A stretch of 45,749 bases of DNA from assembly GCA_964429545.1 (NCBI GenBank), contig CAYSCL010000003.1, forward strand, positions 1 to 45,749, in the 5' to 3' direction. The translations under genes and the position numbers were made by a program. Origin of the DNA: Candidatus Woesearchaeota archaeon (GTDB taxonomy: Archaea > Nanobdellota > Nanobdellia > Pacearchaeales > GW2011-AR1). The notes beneath the pieces are model-generated. The model made no database searches, was not told where the DNA came from, and was given only the letters and a program-made list of their open reading frames with translations. Positions 33,115 to 43,000 of the stretch are shown one piece after another (position 1 is the first letter of the stretch; each line of letters begins with the position of its first letter).

Positions 33115-35514
33115 TTAATTTTTAATTTTTAATTTTTTTTCTTGTTCTGCAATTTTAAAAGTTGTTTTAATTATTGTATCTGGATTTAGAGATATAGAAT
33201 CAATTCCTTGACGAACTAAAAATTGTGCGAAATCTGGAAAATCTGAAGGTGCTTGGCCACAAATCCCAATTTTCTTTTTATTTTTCTTTGCTTTTCTTAT
33301 AACTTCTGCAATAAAATCTGTAACTGCTTTATTTCTTTCATCATAAACATCCGCAACTATTTCTGAATCTCTGTCTACTCCAAGAGCTAATTGAGTTAGA
33401 TCATTTGAACCGATTGAAAAACCATCGAAAATTTTTGAAAATTCATCTGCTAAGATTACGTTTGATGGAACTTCACACATAACATATATTTCTAATCCAT
33501 CTTTTCCTCTTTTCAATCCATGTTTTGCCATAATCTTTTGAACTTTTTTACCTTCATCAATTGTTCTACAGAAAGGAATCATTATTTTTACATTTTTTAA
33601 TCCAAATTCATTTCTTACTTTTTTCAAAGCTTGACATTCTAATTCAAATCCTTTTCTAAATCCCTCTTTGTAATATCTTGAAGCACCTCTCCAACCAATC
33701 ATTGGATTATCTTCTTCTGGTTCATAAGCTTCACCACCAATTAGATTCTTATATTCATTTGTTTTAAAATCTGATAACCTCACAATTACATCTTTTGGAA
33801 AAAATGCTGCAGAAATCATTCCAATTCCTTCTGCTAATTTATCTACATAAAATTGTGATTTATCTTTATATCCAACTGTTAGGGAATCTATTTTTTTCTT
33901 TAATTTTCTATCCTTTAATTTATCATAATCGATTAATGCGTTTGGATGAATTTTGATATGTGAATTTATAATAAATTCTTCTCTTGCTAAACCAACCCCT
34001 TGATTTGGAATAAAACTTTGTTCGAATGCTTGTTCTGGAGTTGCCAAATTCATCATTATTTTAGTTTTTGTTTTTGGTATTTTTCCCAAATTATGTTTTT
34101 TAATGTCGTATTTTAATTTTCCTTTATACACAAAACCGCTTTCCCCTTCAGCACATGAAACTGTTACATCATCTCCTGTTTTCAATTTATCTGTTGCATC
34201 ATTTGTTCCAACAATACAAGGTATTCCTAATTCTCTTGAGATAATTGCAGCGTGGCATGTTCTTCCACCTTTGTTTGTTACAATGGCTCCAGCAATTTTC
34301 ATTATTGGTTCCCAATCAGGATCAGTCATTTCCGTTACTAAAACTTCTCCTTTTTTAAAAGAATGAATTCCCGATACATCTTGGATTACTCTTACTTTTC
34401 CTGAACCTATTTTTGAACCTACGCTTTTACCTTCAACCAAGATATCACTTTTATTTTTTAATACATACTCTTCTAATTTTGTTACGTCTTTTTGACTTTG
34501 GACTGTTTCTGGTCTTGCTTGAACTATGAAAAGTTTTCCTGTTTTTCCATCTTTTGCCCATTCCAGATCCATTGGTTTTTTATAATGGTCTTCTACAATT
34601 ACTGCCCATTTTGCTAATTTCAAAACTTCGTCATCTGTTATTGAAAATTCTTTTCTCATTGTTTCTGGAACTTCTATGTTTTTTACTGGACTTGTTCCAG
34701 ATTTTGAATAAATCATTTTTATTCTTTTGTTCCCAACTTTCTTAGAGATTATTGATCTGTAACCTTTTTTCAAAGTTGGTTTATGAACATAGAATTCATC
34801 AGGATTAACTTTTCCTTGAACTATATTTTCTCCTAATCCATAAATACTTGTTATGTAAACTGCATCTTGAAAACCTGATTCAGTGTCAATTGAAAACATT
34901 ACTCCAGAAGATGATAAATCGCTTCTTACCATGTTTTGCACTCCTATTGATAATGCTATATTGAAATGATCAAATCCTTTATCTTCTCTGTATGAGATTG
35001 CTCTATCTGTGAATAATGATGCAAAACATTTTTTACATGCTACCAAAAGGTCTTTTTCTCCACGGATATTCAAATATGTTTCTTGTTGTCCCGCGAATGA
35101 TGCATCGGGTAAATCTTCTGCTGTTGCCGATGAACGAACAGCTACATCAGTATAGGTTTCTTTGTAATCTTTTGACAATTTTTTATAATAAACTATTATT
35201 TCTTTTTTTATCTCTTCTGGAATTTCAGCTTTTAGAATTGTTTCTCTTACTTTTTTTCCTCTTTCCATTAAGTTTCTTGTGCTTTTTGTATTCAAGTCTT
35301 TTAGAATTTCTCGAATTCTTTTTTTTATTCCTGCTTTTTCAATAAAATAGTTGTATGCATATGCTGTAACTGCAAAACCATTTGGAACATTAACTCTTTT
35401 CCTTTTTAGTTCTCGGTACATTTCACCTAGAGAAGCATTTTTACCTCCAACGATTGGAACATCTTCTATTCCTAGTTTGGAAAATGGAATTACAAAATCA
35501 GTTTTTTTATTCAT
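33115..35514 (-). CDS. ppsA: Phosphoenolpyruvate synthase (pyruvate, water dikinase)
   Basis: 799 aa with an N-terminal ATP-grasp region (GGKNASLGEM), the phospho-His swivel motif GGRTCHAAIISRELGIPCIVG and a C-terminal PEP/pyruvate domain (GSNDLTQL). Confidence 0.95.
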   Translation of the reverse strand: MNKKTDFVIPFSKLGIEDVPIVGGKNASLGEMYRELKRKRVNVPNGFAVTAYAYNYFIEKAGIKKRIREILKDLNTKSTRNLMERGKKVRETILKAEIPEEIKKEIIVYYKKLSKDYKETYTDVAVRSSATAEDLPDASFAGQQETYLNIRGEKDLLVACKKCFASLFTDRAISYREDKGFDHFNIALSIGVQNMVRSDLSSSGVMFSIDTESGFQDAVYITSIYGLGENIVQGKVNPDEFYVHKPTLKKGYRSIISKKVGNKRIKMIYSKSGTSPVKNIEVPETMRKEFSITDDEVLKLAKWAVIVEDHYKKPMDLEWAKDGKTGKLFIVQARPETVQSQKDVTKLEEYVLKNKSDILVEGKSVGSKIGSGKVRVIQDVSGIHSFKKGEVLVTEMTDPDWEPIMKIAGAIVTNKGGRTCHAAIISRELGIPCIVGTNDATDKLKTGDDVTVSCAEGESGFVYKGKLKYDIKKHNLGKIPKTKTKIMMNLATPEQAFEQSFIPNQGVGLAREEFIINSHIKIHPNALIDYDKLKDRKLKKKIDSLTVGYKDKSQFYVDKLAEGIGMISAAFFPKDVIVRLSDFKTNEYKNLIGGEAYEPEEDNPMIGWRGASRYYKEGFRKGFELECQALKKVRNEFGLKNVKIMIPFCRTIDEGKKVQKIMAKHGLKRGKDGLEIYVMCEVPSNVILADEFSKIFDGFSIGSNDLTQLALGVDRDSEIVADVYDERNKAVTDFIAEVIRKAKKNKKKIGICGQAPSDFPDFAQFLVRQGIDSISLNPDTIIKTTFKIAEQEKKLKIKN

Positions 35515-35568
35515 TTTATCAACTCTTTTAATGTAATTAGAAGTCTTTTATTTATAAGGGTTTTGTGA

Positions 35569-35976
35569 TTAAATGAAATGTTTATTCCAAACATCTTTTG
35601 CTGCTTCAAAATTTTTTCTTTCTAAAATTTTTCTTAAGTTTCTTTTTAATTCGGTTATAACAAAATAATCATTTTCATGAGAATTTATTACATAACCAAA
35701 TCTTGAAAGATATCCTGCACAATAATGGGGACCTTTTTGTTCAAAAAATTTGTAAGGGTCAAAAACAGTTCCAAAATCTTTTTTTTCTTTTCCATCATTG
35801 AAAGAATTAATTATTTGTATTAATCCATATCTTGGATGATTTTTTGTTAATTTTTCTTCTTTTTTTTGTAGCCGGAGTAGTGAACCATCATGAATTGATT
35901 CAAGAAATTCTTTTTTAATTTTGGGATCTATTAAACTTAAATATTTTACAATATTTTTTGATTTTCCTTTTGTCAT
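35569..35976 (-). CDS. Hypothetical protein (135 aa)
   Basis: ORF with a shared 17-nt upstream element (35998..36014). Confidence 0.55.
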   Translation of the reverse strand: MTKGKSKNIVKYLSLIDPKIKKEFLESIHDGSLLRLQKKEEKLTKNHPRYGLIQIINSFNDGKEKKDFGTVFDPYKFFEQKGPHYCAGYLSRFGYVINSHENDYFVITELKRNLRKILERKNFEAAKDVWNKHFI

Positions 35977-35997
35977 GGATTAATTAAAGAAATAGTA

Positions 35998-36014
35998 TTT
36001 TTTAAGAATTATTG
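35998..36014 (-). promoter_or_regulatory. 17-nt repeated upstream element, copy 1
   Basis: ttttttaagaattattg (+ strand) lies 22 nt upstream of the start at 35976 and is identical to 36323..36339. Confidence 0.35.
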
Positions 36015-36302
36015 TGTGTTATTTTTCATAAAAGTTGATTCTATTTCATCACATAGTGAATCTAAATTTAATTTTTTATTTTTCTCTAATTTCAAAATAT
36101 TTTTCCAATACTTTTCTACTTTATCTTTTCCGAATCTTTGTGTTGTAAATGTCCAAAGCTCTTCTTTATATTTTTTATTTCCCCAATAAATAAACATTGT
36201 AGAAGGATCTTCTCCCCCACAAAAATTGTAAGACAAAATAACTGGAACATTATCTTCATCATTAAAAATGATGTTTGTTTTTTCTGGTTTGTATGGTTTC
36301 AT
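36009..36302 (-). CDS. Hypothetical protein (97 aa)
   Basis: ORF with the same 17-nt element 21 nt upstream. Confidence 0.55.
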   Translation of the reverse strand: MKPYKPEKTNIIFNDEDNVPVILSYNFCGGEDPSTMFIYWGNKKYKEELWTFTTQRFGKDKVEKYWKNILKLEKNKKLNLDSLCDEIESTFMKNNTQ

Positions 36303-36322
36303 TAAATAATAAGTGAAACATG

Positions 36323-36339
36323 TTTTTTAAGAATTATTG
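36323..36339 (-). promoter_or_regulatory. 17-nt repeated upstream element, copy 2
   Basis: Identical 17-mer at equivalent spacing to the downstream start codon. Confidence 0.35.
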
Positions 36340-36342
36340 AAA

Positions 36343-36651
36343 TCAATCTTTCATTTCAATTTTAATATTAACTGATTTTGGCACCTTCATCCTCATGATG
36401 TGGTGTAAAACCTTTTCGTTTGCTGGAATATCGATTAATCTTTTATGAATTCTCATTTCAAACCGGTCAAAAGTAGCTGTTCCGTCCCCACAAGGCGATT
36501 TCCTTGTTGTTACTTTCAACTTTTTTGTTGGAAGTGGAACTGGTCCTGAAATTGCGATTCCAGATTTTTTTGCTAAATCTTTAATTGAATTACAGATTTC
36601 ATTAAGCATTTCTATGTCCGGTGAGTTCAATTTTATTCTTACCTTTGCCAT
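36343..36651 (-). CDS. rps10: 30S ribosomal protein uS10
   Basis: RIKLNSPDIEMLNEIC...SGPVPLPTKKLKVTTRKSPCGDGTATFDRFEMRIHKRLIDI is the archaeal uS10 pattern. Confidence 0.95.
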   Translation of the reverse strand: MAKVRIKLNSPDIEMLNEICNSIKDLAKKSGIAISGPVPLPTKKLKVTTRKSPCGDGTATFDRFEMRIHKRLIDIPANEKVLHHIMRMKVPKSVNIKIEMKD

Positions 36652-36781
36652 TATAATGAATTATGTTTGCATTGGTTTAAAAACCTTTTCGTTGGGTTTA
36701 ATTTTTGTATTGGGATTTGTATAAATAACAGGTGAAACATTTTTATAGGCTATTACCATTATTTAACAAAGAGGGTGAAGA

Positions 36782-38488
36782 ATGGAAGAAGTTTTTATTA
36801 ATTTAAGTCTGATTTTAGCTATTGCTGTATGTGTTTCTGCATTAATGAGATTTTTAAAACAACCATTAATCATTGGATATATCTTTTCAGGAATTTTAGT
36901 TGGGCCCTATTTTTTGAACCTTCTTTCTGAGAGTGCAACCCTTGGAACTTTTTCTCAAATGGGTGTAGCGCTTTTGCTATTTACTGTAGGTTTACATTTG
37001 AATCCAAAAGTTATCAAAGAAGTTGGAAAAGTTTCATTAATTACCGGGGTTGGACAAGTTCTTTTTACTTCGGTTGTAGGTTTCTTGATTTCTTTAACGC
37101 TTGGATTTTCTTTAATTTCTTCAATTTACATAGCAATTGCATTAACATTTAGTAGTACAATTATAATTATGAAATTAATTTCTGACAAGGGCGACATGGA
37201 TAGTGTTTATGGAAAAATTGCAATTGGTTTTTTGATTGTCCAGGATTTGATTGCAGTGTTTATATTGATGATTGTATCTTCTAGTTCTGGAGGTATGACT
37301 TTTTCAAGTTTTGTTTTCGAAACTTTATTGTATGGGGGACTTAGTATTTTGGGATTGTTTTTGGTTAGTTGGAAACTATTGCCTTTGATTTTGAAAAAAG
37401 TTGCAAAATCCCAGGAATTTTTGTTTTTGTTTTCTATTGGTTGGTGTCTTCTTTTAGCTAGTTGGTTTAGTTTTTTGAATTTCTCCTTGGAAATTGGTGC
37501 TTTGTTAGCAGGTATTGCTTTGTCTACTACTCCCTATTCTAATGAAATTAGTTCAAAAATGAAACCTTTGAGGGATTTTTTCATAGTTCTTTTCTTTATG
37601 ATAATTGGTTCTCAAATGATTATCTCAGATGTTGCTTCAAACATCGTCCCGATAATTGTATTTTCTGTATTTATTTTAATTGGAAACCCATTAATTGTTC
37701 TAATTTTAATGGGATCAATGGGTTACACCAAAAGAAATAGTTTTTTGGCCGGATTAACTGTTGCACAGATAAGTGAATTTTCAATTATTCTTGTTTCTTT
37801 AGGATTTTCAGTTGGCCATTTAACTTCTGAAGTGCTGTCTTTAGTAACTGTGGTTGGTTTAATTACAATTGCAGGTTCAACTTATATGATAACTTATTCA
37901 AATTGGATTTATTCTAAAATTTATAAGAGGCTAAAAATATTTGAGAAAAAAAGGACTAAGGAGAAAAAGAAATTAAAGAAAAAATATGATACTATTCTAT
38001 TTGGATATAATAGGATTGGATTTAGTATTTTAAATTCTTTGAAAAAATTGAGTAAAAAATATTTGGTTATTGATTTTAATCCAGAGACAATAAATAGTTT
38101 GAATAAATTTGGTGTTCCAGCTCTTTATGGGGATGTTTATGATTTAGAGTTATTGGAGGAATTGCCTTTGGAAAAATTGGATTTGGCAATTTCTACAATT
38201 CCAGAATTAGAAACTAATGAATTGTTAATTGATGCTATTAGAGAAAAAAATAAGAAAGCGATTATTATTTTGAGGGCGCACACAATAGAGGATGCATTGA
38301 AACTATATGAAGCTGGAGCTAATTATGTTTTAACACCACATTTCTTAGGAGGAGAATATGTTGCTAAAATGATTAAGCATTCTAAAACAGGGGATGAAGA
38401 TTATTCTCAAGAAAGAGATAAACATATTAAAATGCTTAAGAATATGTTAGAGAGAGGGGATGAACATCCTAATGTTGAAAGAAATTAA
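36782..38488 (+). CDS. CPA2-family K+(Na+)/H+ antiporter (Kef-type) with C-terminal RCK/TrkA-N domain
   Basis: A membrane domain of about 380 aa (PLIIGYIFSGILVGP) is followed by a soluble Rossmann-like domain (ILFGYNRIGFSILNSL). Confidence 0.85.
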   Translation: MEEVFINLSLILAIAVCVSALMRFLKQPLIIGYIFSGILVGPYFLNLLSESATLGTFSQMGVALLLFTVGLHLNPKVIKEVGKVSLITGVGQVLFTSVVGFLISLTLGFSLISSIYIAIALTFSSTIIIMKLISDKGDMDSVYGKIAIGFLIVQDLIAVFILMIVSSSSGGMTFSSFVFETLLYGGLSILGLFLVSWKLLPLILKKVAKSQEFLFLFSIGWCLLLASWFSFLNFSLEIGALLAGIALSTTPYSNEISSKMKPLRDFFIVLFFMIIGSQMIISDVASNIVPIIVFSVFILIGNPLIVLILMGSMGYTKRNSFLAGLTVAQISEFSIILVSLGFSVGHLTSEVLSLVTVVGLITIAGSTYMITYSNWIYSKIYKRLKIFEKKRTKEKKKLKKKYDTILFGYNRIGFSILNSLKKLSKKYLVIDFNPETINSLNKFGVPALYGDVYDLELLEELPLEKLDLAISTIPELETNELLIDAIREKNKKAIIILRAHTIEDALKLYEAGANYVLTPHFLGGEYVAKMIKHSKTGDEDYSQERDKHIKMLKNMLERGDEHPNVERN

Positions 38489-39480
38489 AAAATTTGATGT
38501 TTCTTTTTCCATTCTAAAAATTCTCTTTTTTGTTTTTTTGTTTCTAGTTCTGAAAGATAATAATGCTTTGTAAATTCTCCACAAGAACTCCCAACATCTC
38601 GTCCAGGGGGATTGTAAAGAATTATTGGTAGATTGGGGAATGAGGATTGTAATTCAGATATCCATAGTTTTTCTTTTTTACTCTTTTTTAATTTTCCAAG
38701 AGGATTAAAAGATAAAATTTTGAAAGGAATTTGAAAATCATTTAATATTTTTTTTACTTCTTCTAGATGTTGTTTTGAATCGTTCTTGTTTTTTATCAAT
38801 GTGTAATGTATTTCAATTGGATCAGGATAATAGTGATTTGAACCCAAGTTTGCATTAATTGAATAATTATCTTTTATGCTTTTTCTATATTCGGAAAGAA
38901 TATTCAGTGAATTTTTTAAATTAATATTTGAATTTGGAATCAATAAATTTCTCTCATTGTCGAAGGGAGAATGCATTGAAAAATGGACTTTCAAAGGAAA
39001 ATTGTTTTTATTCCCGTATGAAATTATTTTTTCTAAATTTTTATTTGGCATCATTGTGGATAATGCATAAGTTAGATTTTTGTATCCTGTTTCTTTTTTT
39101 AGTGTGTTTTCGTTTTCAAAAATATTTTGAATTAAATCTAAATTTAATAAGGGTTCTCCAACACCCATATAAGATAAAAGCAGATTATTGTTTTTTGTTC
39201 TACCCACTTTTTCATACAAATTAGTATTTTTAATTATTGAACTCATCAATTCCTTTGGATTAATTTTTAACATTGGTTTTTTGTATCCTTCTTTTGTTAA
39301 GTGGCACATTTTGCATCCAAGATTGCAATAATAATGAGTGGGCACACAGAGAACATCTAAATCTAGGTCAGATTTATTTTGAATTAAGCTCATTTCGATA
39401 TAACCCTTATCATTTTTATATACTGATTTTTTCGTTAAATCTTCAAAACTTTGAAAAGTTCCGATATATTTTGTTTTCAT
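38485..39480 (-). CDS. RlmN/Cfr-family radical SAM methyltransferase-like protein
   Basis: VLCVPTHYYCNLGCKMCHL carries the Cx3Cx2C cluster plus an upstream Cys. Other matches are YMGVGEPLLN, HFSMHSP, IEIHYTLIKNKNDS, ILSFNPLG and the C-terminal GRDVGSSCGEF (compare AACGQL). Confidence 0.7.
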   Translation of the reverse strand: MKTKYIGTFQSFEDLTKKSVYKNDKGYIEMSLIQNKSDLDLDVLCVPTHYYCNLGCKMCHLTKEGYKKPMLKINPKELMSSIIKNTNLYEKVGRTKNNNLLLSYMGVGEPLLNLDLIQNIFENENTLKKETGYKNLTYALSTMMPNKNLEKIISYGNKNNFPLKVHFSMHSPFDNERNLLIPNSNINLKNSLNILSEYRKSIKDNYSINANLGSNHYYPDPIEIHYTLIKNKNDSKQHLEEVKKILNDFQIPFKILSFNPLGKLKKSKKEKLWISELQSSFPNLPIILYNPPGRDVGSSCGEFTKHYYLSELETKKQKREFLEWKKKHQIF

Positions 39481-39546
39481 ATTTCTATGAAATTCAAAAA
39501 TGTTATTAACCTAAGGTTTAATAAATATTAAACTTTTTAGTTTATT

Positions 39547-40368
39547 ATGGCATTTGATTTAGTTATTCCAGATCTAAACAAGATTAAATCTTCCAAAGAT
39601 TTTATCATCTCTGTCTTAATACATGATTGGCCTTTGAGTTTAAAGGAAATCCATAATTGCCTAAGAAAAAATTACAAATTTGGTGGAACATATCAATCTG
39701 TGTTTAAAGCAGTTAGTGAACTTTTAGATAAAAAAGTTTTAATTAAGAAAGAGGGCAAATATGAAATTAACATTTCGTGGGTTAAAAAATTACAAAGTTT
39801 CACTGACATTGTTGAAACTAATTATTATGCCGAAAGTAAAACGAGGGATCAATTCGGAAAAAAAGGAGAGGATCTTGTAATTCTAAACTTTTCTTCTGTT
39901 TTTGATGCTGAAAAATATTTATATTATTTTGTTAAAAATGAGTTGAAAAAAATGAAGAATGAAAAAGTTTTCTATGAATTGGATAATTTATGGAAGGCAT
40001 TATTTTATTATCGTGCTGAATATAATTATTACACTAAACTAAGAAAGCTTGGACATAAATTTTATTTTCTTTTTTCAGGTAAAAGTCAAATTGAAAATAA
40101 AGCTATCTCATTTTATAGAAAAATTGGAGTGAATATAAGAAGGAAAAAAGGTGAAAGTTCAACTGATGCAATAATTTTTGGAAGTTATTACATTCAGATA
40201 TTTATTCCTGAAAATATAAAGAAAAAAATTATTTGTTTTTTGAACGAGGGCAAAGATTATGAATTATTAAAAATTTTAGATGAAGAAAATGATTCGATTA
40301 GAGTTATTATTCATAGAGATAAAAAATTATCTGATGGTTTAAAGGTTAAATTAGAGAAGAAATTCTAG
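39547..40368 (+). CDS. Hypothetical protein, possible N-terminal winged-helix domain
   Basis: LSLKEIHNCLRKNYKFGGTYQSVFKAVSELLDKKVLIKKEGKYEIN is wHTH-like. The rest is unassigned. Confidence 0.45.
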   Translation: MAFDLVIPDLNKIKSSKDFIISVLIHDWPLSLKEIHNCLRKNYKFGGTYQSVFKAVSELLDKKVLIKKEGKYEINISWVKKLQSFTDIVETNYYAESKTRDQFGKKGEDLVILNFSSVFDAEKYLYYFVKNELKKMKNEKVFYELDNLWKALFYYRAEYNYYTKLRKLGHKFYFLFSGKSQIENKAISFYRKIGVNIRRKKGESSTDAIIFGSYYIQIFIPENIKKKIICFLNEGKDYELLKILDEENDSIRVIIHRDKKLSDGLKVKLEKKF

Positions 40369-40370
40369 AT

Positions 40371-41051
40371 TTATGATGAAGAGGATTCTTTTTCTTCTTT
40401 TTTTTCTTCTTCCTCTTCTTCATCATACAGCCCAGATGCTGTAAAAACAACTTCCAAAGTCCTTAGAATAAATTCTATTACCATGATGAACAATAAATAT
40501 ATTGCTATGTGGTTGAAGAAACTAGGAATTGCAAATACTTGGGAAATTATTTTTTCGAAACTGAATGCCGTTGTCTGTGTTATTGAAACACCAAGTAATG
40601 TGAAGGGTAATAGTTTTGCTAAATCTTTTGAAAGATCTTCTTTGTAATATGCTGTCATCCTTATTGCTACAATTATTGTTGCGGATATTATCAACATTGT
40701 TTGCAAAGGAATATTTTCTGTTAATAGCATTAGAAAAATTGTAAATGCACAAAACCAAATGAAAACTACCAGGGGTAAAATTACTATGTATTCTAAAAAA
40801 TAGAAAATTCCTGCAAAAGATTTTGCCAAGAATTCGTATTTTGATCTACTATATTTTTTTAGATTTAATTCTAAAAGGTCTTTTTTTGCAATCCATCTAT
40901 AGAATTTCCAAATAAATATTGCGTAAATTACAATTACTAATGATATTAAGAATAAATTGATAAAATTTTGTGCCCAGAATGGTAGGAAACCTATGAATTC
41001 TTTATATACAAGAATCAATGATGAGCCAAAGTTTTCAAACACCCCTACCAT
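40371..41051 (-). CDS. Multi-pass membrane protein with poly-Glu/Lys/Ser C-terminal tail
   Basis: About 5 TM helices, ending YDEEEEEEKKEEKESSSS. Confidence 0.55.
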   Translation of the reverse strand: MVGVFENFGSSLILVYKEFIGFLPFWAQNFINLFLISLVIVIYAIFIWKFYRWIAKKDLLELNLKKYSRSKYEFLAKSFAGIFYFLEYIVILPLVVFIWFCAFTIFLMLLTENIPLQTMLIISATIIVAIRMTAYYKEDLSKDLAKLLPFTLLGVSITQTTAFSFEKIISQVFAIPSFFNHIAIYLLFIMVIEFILRTLEVVFTASGLYDEEEEEEKKEEKESSSS

Positions 41052-41212
41052 TAAATTTAATGGGAATTATTATTTTTAAATATTGGGATTAGAATGGGAT
41101 AATTTGGATAGTAGAAATTTGGGGTTGGGAAGTGGGAAGGAAGAATTGGATGTTGAAAAAAAGAATACTGGAAATTCCTAAAATTTATATAGTTACAAAA
41201 GTTTAGTTTTTT

Positions 41213-42499
41213 ATGATAGATATCAATTTGATTAGGGAGAATCCGGATCTTGTGCGTGAGAATATTAAAAAGAAGTTCCAGGATGAAAAATTGCTTTTAG
41301 TTGATAAAGTTCTTGAATTGGATGAGAAATGGAGAAAATTCAAATTTGATGAGGACGAATTGAGAAGTCAAAGAAATAAGTTTTCTAAGGAAATTGGCCT
41401 GTTGATGAAAAATAAAGAGAAGAACAAAGCCGATAAATTAAAAGCTAAAGCTAAAGAAATTCCTAAAAAAATTGAAAATATTGAGGAAAAGAGAAAAGAA
41501 TTGGAAACGGAAATTAAGAATATTATGTATAAAATTCCTCAAATTATTCATGATTCTGTTCCGCTTGGAAAGGATGATAGTGAAAATGTTGAACTGGAAA
41601 AAATTGGGGAACCCCAGGTTCCAAAATATGAAATCTTCAATCACGCTGAGTTGGCTTTGAAATTGGGAGGGGTTGATTTTGATAATGCTCGTAAAAATTC
41701 TGGTAATGGATTTTATTTTTTGAAAGGAGACATTGCTAGATTGCATAATGCTATGTTGTCTTATGCTAGAGATTATATGATTGAAAAAGGATTTGAATTA
41801 ATTGTTACTCCTTATTTGATACGTTCTGAAGTTGTTGATGGGGTTATGAGTTTTGAAGAAAAAGATGCTATGATGTATAATATTGAAGGAGAGGATTTGT
41901 ATTTGATTGGTACTAGTGAGCATTCTTTAATTGGGATGTTTAAAGATAAGAAATTGAATGGAAAGGATTTGCCTTATAGATACACTGCTTATTCTGCTTG
42001 TTTTAGAAAGGAAGTTGGAGCGCACGGTATTGAAGAGAAGGGATTTTATAGGGTTCATCAATTTGAAAAACAGGAAATGGTTGTTGTTTGTTTGCCAGAA
42101 GAGAGTTATGAATTTTATGATAAAATGTTGAATTACACTGTTGATGTTTTTAGGAATCTGGATATTCCTGTTCGTAAGTTGGAGTGCTGTAGTGGAGATT
42201 TGGCTGATTTGAAAGCTAAGAGTGCGGATGTTGAAGCTTGGAGCCCCAGACAGAAAAAATATTTTGAAGTTGGTTCTTGTACTAATATGGAGGATGCCCA
42301 AGCAAGGAGATTGGATATTAGATATGAATTAGGAGGAGAAATTAAGTTTGCCCATACTTTGAATAATACTGTTATTGCTAGCCCTAGGGCATTGATTGCT
42401 TTGATGGAAAATAATCAATTAGAGGATGGAAGCATTGTTATTCCAGAAGTTTTGAGAAAATATATGGGTGGTCAACGCAAAATTGAGGTGAAAAAGTGA
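41213..42499 (+). CDS. serS: Seryl-tRNA synthetase
   Basis: An N-terminal coiled-coil arm is followed by a class II core (FRKEVGAHG..GFYRVHQFEKQE; TLNNTVIASPRALIALMEN). Confidence 0.95.
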   Translation: MIDINLIRENPDLVRENIKKKFQDEKLLLVDKVLELDEKWRKFKFDEDELRSQRNKFSKEIGLLMKNKEKNKADKLKAKAKEIPKKIENIEEKRKELETEIKNIMYKIPQIIHDSVPLGKDDSENVELEKIGEPQVPKYEIFNHAELALKLGGVDFDNARKNSGNGFYFLKGDIARLHNAMLSYARDYMIEKGFELIVTPYLIRSEVVDGVMSFEEKDAMMYNIEGEDLYLIGTSEHSLIGMFKDKKLNGKDLPYRYTAYSACFRKEVGAHGIEEKGFYRVHQFEKQEMVVVCLPEESYEFYDKMLNYTVDVFRNLDIPVRKLECCSGDLADLKAKSADVEAWSPRQKKYFEVGSCTNMEDAQARRLDIRYELGGEIKFAHTLNNTVIASPRALIALMENNQLEDGSIVIPEVLRKYMGGQRKIEVKK

Positions 42500-42696
42500 G
42501 AAGAAAAATATCTTTTATTTCGGCAGGCATATTTGCTTTGTTGGGGGTTTTTTTTCTTGTTAGTCAGGCTCTTGGAATGACTGGAAGGGTTGTTGGGGGA
42601 GTTTCTGATTTTAATTATGGGATTTTGATTGCAGAGGGATTATTTATTGTTTCTTTATTATTGTTTCAATTGAATAAAAAGAAGAAATTAAAATGA
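42496..42696 (+). CDS. Small 2-TM membrane protein, translationally coupled to serS
   Basis: GTG start in a GTGA overlap with the serS stop, with a gaggtga SD 5 nt upstream. Confidence 0.5.
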   Translation: MRRKISFISAGIFALLGVFFLVSQALGMTGRVVGGVSDFNYGILIAEGLFIVSLLLFQLNKKKKLK

Positions 42697-42926
42697 ATTG
42701 GGATAAATTTTTTAGTTTAAATTTGAAGAGACTTGGCCTGATTGTTTTGGCTTGGTTTGTTTCTGTTGTTTTGCATAATTTTATCAGCAGTATTTTTGGG
42801 TTTGAGGAACCTGTGTTTTTTATTTTGGCAGTTATTGTTATTCCCATTTATTTCTTTGTTAGTGTTTTTTACACTCTAGGAAAATGGATTAAAAGTGGAG
42901 GGATGAAAGAATTCTTGGGAAAATAA
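42693..42926 (+). CDS. Small 2-TM membrane protein
   Basis: ATGA overlap with the previous ORF. Confidence 0.5.
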   Translation: MNWDKFFSLNLKRLGLIVLAWFVSVVLHNFISSIFGFEEPVFFILAVIVIPIYFFVSVFYTLGKWIKSGGMKEFLGK

Positions 42927-43000
42927 GTTATTAATTGACTATAATAAAAAATATAATACAATATAATAAAGGTTATAAATCCTAAATTTCATTTTTTAAT

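Noticed and set aside
36343-36651. rps10 stands alone rather than following the tuf/fusA genes.
   Set aside because: Operon fragmentation is common in reduced archaeal genomes, so it is not informative on its own.
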